Part shown: piece by piece, positions 33,801 through 39,724 of the stretch | Numbering within the stretch: position 1 is the stretch's first letter | How the letters are laid out: each line of letters starts with the position of its first letter | Source: Octopus bimaculoides | Taxonomy: Eukaryota | Assembly: GCF_001194135.2 (NCBI RefSeq) | Contig: NC_068997.1 | Span: 52,664,013 to 52,703,736 of the forward strand | Reading direction: 5' to 3' | Length of the DNA: 39,724 nt | Notes under the pieces: model-generated | What the model saw: the letters and a program-made list of their open reading frames with translations, nothing else | The model's database searches: none | What the model was told of the DNA's origin: nothing | Position numbers and translations under genes: made by a program

Positions 33801-35069
33801 TCTCACGATGACGTAATTTTGTGTATTAATTTGTCAAAATGATTTTCAAAAATAGTTAAAACATCTAGGAGCAGAGGTTTTCAACAGGGGTCCATATGGC
33901 CCTTCGTGGTCCATATAAGATTTTGTTGTTAAGATTTATGTTTTATTACAATACTCAAAATATTTTTTGACTATTTTTTATACAATTCCTGATAATATTT
34001 GATTATGAAAATATAATGGGATTGATTTAAACATCGAAAGGCTATATCTAAGCGTATGTCTTTTTGTTTTTGTCTACACCCCAGCACTGCTTGACAAGCA
34101 ATGTTGGTTTGTTTACATCCCCGTAACTTAGCTGTTTGGTAAAAGAAACCGATAGAATAAGTTGCTCAGCTTCAAAAAGACAAGTACTGGCATCGATTTG
34201 ATGTACAAAAAAGAAACAGAAGACAGAAATAGGCAAAGGAACAACAAACAAGGTGTATTAGTTTGACACTCAAGAAAAATGGACAAAGTCTTTGACGTTT
34301 CGAGCCTACGCCCTTCTATAGAAAAGAATGAGGAGAGAAAGAAACAGATGGAGAGGGGGGGGGGAATAAACGGTGAGAAAAATCGTGTCTGGTTGTGCAT
34401 GTTGAATTCATTTTTTAAAGCCTGGTTCATATTCTGTTGGTCTGTTTTGTCGAACCGATAACTTATGGAGTGGGGGAGCAAATTAGAACATAGTCGTGTT
34501 TCCATTACAACGTTTAAAAAGAAAGCTGTCTCCCATATGAACCTGTACAATCCTATATGGCAGTCATGGGCAAATTGCGATCCACGGAGCTTTCTGAATG
34601 GTACGCTAAAGGAAAAATTGTCTCGAATATTTTTGTTTGTGCGACCCGCTTTTGGGGCCCCAGGGTGGGGGTGAGGGGAAATTCAAGGGCTGCTCCGGGT
34701 GGCACACTCTCAAACTTGACCACTGGTCTCCTCCCTCAGTCATATAAAAGCAACAACGAAAGAGTAAGACACACAGCTTGTGGCAACAGGAGTTACTTGA
34801 CCTTCTCGAAGCTGCGTTGAAATTACAGCCTGTTGTGGTTGCAAAACTGGAAGGGCACAGTCAGATAATGTAGTCCAAGATACACTGTGGTTGAGAAAAA
34901 AAAAAGAAAGAAGGGTTAAAAGAACAGCAAATGGGATTATTCCAGCTAGAACATCTTTGACCATAAGTCTGCTAAATCAGGGATGTCCGGGGCATAAACA
35001 ACAACAACAACAAGCTTTTGCAACAATAAATCATTCCTGACTTCTTTCTCTACCTTCAATTCCGACCCA

Positions 35070-36410
35070 CCACCACCACATACAACAACCAACACCATCA
35101 CCACCCTCATTATTACTACGATCATCATCATCATCATCATCACCACCACCACCACCACCACCACCATCAATAGCACCACCACTATCATCATCACCATCAT
35201 CCTCACCATCGTTAACGTCATAATTACCACCACCACTACCACCGTCGCCGTCACCACCACCACCACCACCGTCATCATCATCACCATCATCATCATCGGT
35301 CGTTCTTTCCGTTCTCCGTCCTCTGCGACCCATCGTTTTTTCCACTTCCCAGTCTGCACTTAGTTCTTTCTCTTCACAAATTTAACCCGCTCACCACCAT
35401 TGGGCACGGCATGAATGTCACTACAGCACATGCTTGACGTTAACTTCACTCATATTTCGTCCATTTCACTCCGTTCCTTAAATCTCTCCCTTTCGCCTTC
35501 GTTATCCCCCTCCACCACCACACTTCCCCATTAGGCTTTGTGAGCCATTTGGTCAAACTAAGGCCTCCTTACTACTACTACTACTACTGCTGCTACTGCT
35601 GTTGCTGCTACTGCTGCTGGACGGTAACTATGCTGAAGATAGCAGCCAAATATTCCTCAAATCACACACTACTGCCTTGGGAGAGGTAAAGGGCACGTGC
35701 AGTCACAGATAGCGTTATATATAGACGGGGTGGTCATGTTTGGAATCATTATATGTCTGCTTGATCAGGTTTGACTTTGCATACCGTGGTGGTGGCGGTG
35801 GGGTGGGGTGGGGTGCAGGCGAGAGGACAGGGACCCAACTGTTACCGTCATTGTAAGCACTGTTCAAGAGTTATACAACTACCACCATCGTCACCACCAC
35901 CACCAATACCACCACCGCCACTATTAAATCAATATTTCCCCAGTCCCATCCCCGGCCCCATCCCCTTTACTTCTACAATATTCATCAACCCTCCTCCCCA
36001 CACCTCCACTATCTGTTTTAGTTTATCGAAAGTGAAGCGACGTATTGTTTCTTTTACTAACCATATTACTACCACTACTACTACTACTACTACTGGTGGT
36101 GGTGGTGGTGGTGGTGGTGCCACAGCAGTAGCAGAACTAGCACGACTCTATCACTTCTCCATTACCACCACCACCACCATCATCACCATCAACATATCAC
36201 CACTATCTTCACCGCCACCACTACAAATACACTCTGCTACCACCACCACCACCACAATCATCATCATCAACATATCACCACTATCTTCACCGCCACCACT
36301 ACAAATACACTCTGTTACCACCACCACCACCATCACCACTTACAACTACTACTACTACTACTACTGCTGCTGCACCCCTCACCACCACCACCACCACCGC
36401 CGCTGCCGTC
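35070..36410. repeat. Trinucleotide-rich low-complexity field with a 78-bp tandem duplication
   Basis: (CAC/CAT/CTA)n runs. aacatatcaccactatcttcaccgccaccactacaaatacactctg recurs at 36191 and 36269. Confidence 0.92.
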
Positions 36411-37035
36411 AATGGTTCTGCCATATTTAAAGGCCGCTCACTGCTCACATCGACACACAAGTGTTGAACAACTGTTTGAGAAGAGATACTGTGTGTGTCT
36501 TTTTTTTTTATAACCAACTGACTAGCTTTTGTTTTTTTTATATTATACTAACTTCTGTGTTACCACCTATACACATATATATAACGCATATATTTACACA
36601 CACACACACATATATATACATATATATATTGAAACATACACTTTGGTACTTATATTTATAAATAGTTACTTCCTCCGCTTTTCTCTCTCTCTGATTGGAA
36701 ACCACTTTGAAAGTAAATATATATACACAGGGACGGGTATATATTTATGTGCATAGAGACAGAGAGAAAGAGAGAGAGAGAGAGAGGGAGACAGGCATTT
36801 CTGTTATTGTCTATAAATACACTCGTGTGTGCGTGCATTTATATAATATATATGTGATGTATGTATATGTTAATAAAAGTACATTATAGCGCATATATAT
36901 ATATATATAATATATTAGTCACTCAGGTTGTTAACGTCGATGTATGACGATATTTGGCTGGTAAACGAACGAACGAACTAGTAAACCGCAAGAGAACTCG
37001 TATACACACACACACACACACACACACAGCCAACC

Positions 37036-37965
37036 ATGGCCAGCCAGAAGGACGATGTGGAACATTTGATTCGGTCAAGCGTACAGAGCATCGACAGTGT
37101 TGGTATTAACAGTAGTGGTCGAGACGATGTATCCACCGTGTCCTTGTCCATTGCCTCACTGGCCGATTCCACTACCAACCTCTACGAGACCAGACCGCAC
37201 AAAGTCGCCCACAAGAAGTCTAAGCCGGTTCACAGTGCCCTGGGTGCGAGTAAAGGTTTCCCAGTCGACAACCATGGCGAGAAATCAGTCCAGGCGGATG
37301 ACATCGACGAAAACGATGGACACAACGGCAAGAAAAATGACAAGACCTTCTTCGTTGGTGTCGGAATCCTTTTCTCGATTTTCGCCATCACTTCTGCTTT
37401 TCTTCTGATAATCCTTCCATGTTATCGCATGTTTAACTTGAATGCTTTGTTACACAGCAATCACACTGTCGTCCGTCAATATCAAGAACATTTGGTCAGT
37501 AGCAGTGTTAGCCGATCGGGCCCACCATCTGTCGTGGTAAAATACCACGAATTGATTCAGGGCCCAGGTCCGAGCCATCAGTCGCTGTTATTTCATCAAA
37601 AGCACCACCACCAACATTCTGAGAAAGCTGCTCCTCTTTGTGATGTCCACCCTAATGAACAGCGCTTCGACTGTTACCCGGACTATTACGAAGTCAACCA
37701 ACGCAATTGTCTGTCCCGGGGTTGTTGTTGGCGACCCACCATGGACAGGTTCCTCTCTCAATCCGATTCCAACAACGTGAGAGGTGTTCCGTTCTGCTAT
37801 CTCCCCGTCAATTATTCTGGTTACGGAATCATTCAGGTGAACCAAAGCCGGACCGGGGCCACCATGGAGTTAATAAAAACATCGCAATCCTCAATATGGC
37901 CCGAAGAAGTTCGTATGCTCAAAGTTGTTATTACTTATGAGACTCCACAACGACTTCATTTCAAG
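37036..37965 (+). CDS. GAA: First coding exon of a lysosomal alpha-glucosidase-like (GH31; GAA/MGAM/SI family) gene: 104-aa N-tail, TM helix, stalk, trefoil domain, start of N-terminal beta domain
   Basis: Kozak accATGG. TM FFVGVGILFSIFAITSAFLLIIL. Six-Cys P-type domain CDVHPNEQRFDC...C...GCCW...PFCYLP (human GAA CDVPPNSRFDC...GCCY...PWCFFP), then YETPQRLHFK|gtaat donor in phase 0. The ORF-track tail VIQLHIFLI is intron read-through. Orthology to GAA versus MGAM/SI is not provable from one exon. Confidence 0.88.
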
Positions 37966-38731
37966 GTAATCCAACTTCATATTTTTTTAATTTAATATTT
38001 GTTTATCATTACACCATTATTAAATGCTATTTTCCTTATTCACCCCACCCCCGATCATGAATATTTAACCGACAAGGGCTTCAGGTTGTCGTTATATGAC
38101 CGAAAGCCAATGGTGTCGCTTTTCTGTTGCATGTTTAGGCAAATCATAACTTAAATTGCCTTAGATTCAGATACGAGATGAATAATTACATATTTTGGTG
38201 GACATTCCCTTCATAGGAAGAAGGTAACGTGTGTGTGTGTGTGTTTGCTGTATAATAGCAGTGAGAATTTTTGTTGGAAAATCCTGTTAAAAGCTTCATT
38301 TACAGGATATCAGATATATTTGTTTATACATACATACAAAGAATTTTAAAAGCAAAAGAAAAAAACCTCAAAAAAATATCACACATGCACAGCATACGTG
38401 TGTGTGGGTGTGTATTTTTTTAAATTACTAAATTGGCGTATTGTAAATGAAATTTACATGCGTACATTAAACATACATGTTGCCTCGTACTGTAAATAGA
38501 TCCCTGTTGTCTATTAACATGTGTGTGCGTGTATATCACTATAGGCGTGTGGTTGTATATTGCATGTGCGTGTTTGTGCATGCTTGTTTATATATGTATA
38601 TATATATATATATCGTTTGTAAAAAATCTGAAGGGATATATTAGAAATGGGGAAGGCCGGCTTATGGGATTACCTTAGGTTTCCCGTCCATAAAGGGGTT
38701 AGCTTTACGGCGTATCGTCAAATCCCCAGAA

Positions 38732-38763
<32 letters not shown>

Positions 38764-38824
38764 GTATATGTGTATTTATATATATGTTAGACTCGACAAC
38801 TATAACTTAGAAATATTTCTCTCA

Positions 38825-38860
<36 letters not shown>

Positions 38861-39724
38861 AAATGAGGAGTTTCCCCTCTCTCTTTTTTTTTTATCAAAT
38901 CCACGAAACACTAATTACAATTATTGACAGATTCAATGGCAATTAATTAGTATTAGGATTAATATTAACACAAAAGCCACCAAACCCCACATCCGATAGT
39001 TTGTTAATATGCATCATATTCTTGATGTTGTCTACTAATTGTGTTTATATTTTAAAAGCTCCACCATATGTCGGTCGGTCAGTTCATTCATTTACTGTGG
39101 TCAGTGAAAGATTCATCACCCAAAATAGATTCGGTGATCAATCAGTCCAGATCGAACTGTACACATGGCTTGTATCGATAAATATATGTGTGTGAGGTAA
39201 ACCACGGAGTTTGTATTTTTGTTTTGTTTTCCTTACATCGTTTCTAGAAAATACTCCTTCGCCAGAAAAAGTGCTTGGGAGGGCACCGTGTTTCGGTGGT
39301 GGTGGTCGTGGTCGAGTTGACATTGTTAGGTACTGAATGTGTGTGTTTTGTATGTGCATATAAATGTATGCATATATGAAAGTGTCTATGTGAAAATATA
39401 TAAATTCGTGTTTATGTTTGTTCCTCTCTCTCTCTATATATATATATGCCAGTGTTTACATAATCATTCAACCTGCTAAAAATAGCAACCAAGTCACCCT
39501 CATATATCACCTTACTGTCTAATCTACAGTGTAGTCCTAGATACACTAAGACAAGATGGTGAAGGTTAGACTGATTCGAACAGAGGTAGTCTGTATCTAA
39601 ACGACAACCAAAACAACACATACAATATCCGTATCAAACAATATAACCTTATCTACGGTAACCCTGCCCATAACCCCCCTGTAACGTGAACTTCCGTAAC
39701 GCGAAACCTTTTTTTTTTTTTTTT

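Noticed and set aside
35785-35820. G-quadruplex upstream of the glucosidase
   Set aside because: Only three G4 tracts, within low-complexity sequence.
35771-36430. 219-aa Pro/Thr-rich ORF upstream of the glucosidase
   Set aside because: Low-complexity repeats plus a 78-bp duplication; starts at TTG; no homology.
39248-39329. Next coding exon of the glucosidase
   Set aside because: Phase-0 translation (KILLRQKKCLGG...) lacks the expected IxDPxxxRYEVP sequence.

Overview
AT-rich, microsatellite-dense eukaryotic DNA with nine assembly gaps (about 2.1 kb of N). The SINE, MITE and LINE families look like those of a coleoid cephalopod, probably Octopus; this is recognition, not a database result. 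Two host genes are supported. (1) An ANKRD54-like ankyrin gene on the minus strand, with seven spliced coding exons from 18242 to 11111 (48/99/72/48/125-nt internal exons, canonical splice sites, continuous frame); its start exon is uncertain. (2) The first coding exon (37036-37965, + strand) of a lysosomal alpha-glucosidase/GH31-like gene, encoding a long cytosolic tail, a transmembrane anchor and a trefoil domain; the rest lies beyond the window. The remainder is degenerate mariner, pogo, hAT, Helitron, RTE and CR1/L2 fragments, SINEs, MITEs and simple repeats, and most ORFs in the supplied track are artefacts. I cannot demonstrate a new biological system. The best leads are: five minimal hammerhead-ribozyme-like motifs in the first 8.7 kb, one beside an RFX/NF-Y motif cluster; a perfect 53-bp hairpin downstream of the ANKRD54 stop; a triplicated exon/donor junction; an intact mariner DNA-binding ORF with a fortuitous NLS-like tail; a GC-rich foreign filler inside a mariner; a cloverleaf foldback element; and an acidic dileucine motif on the glucosidase tail.
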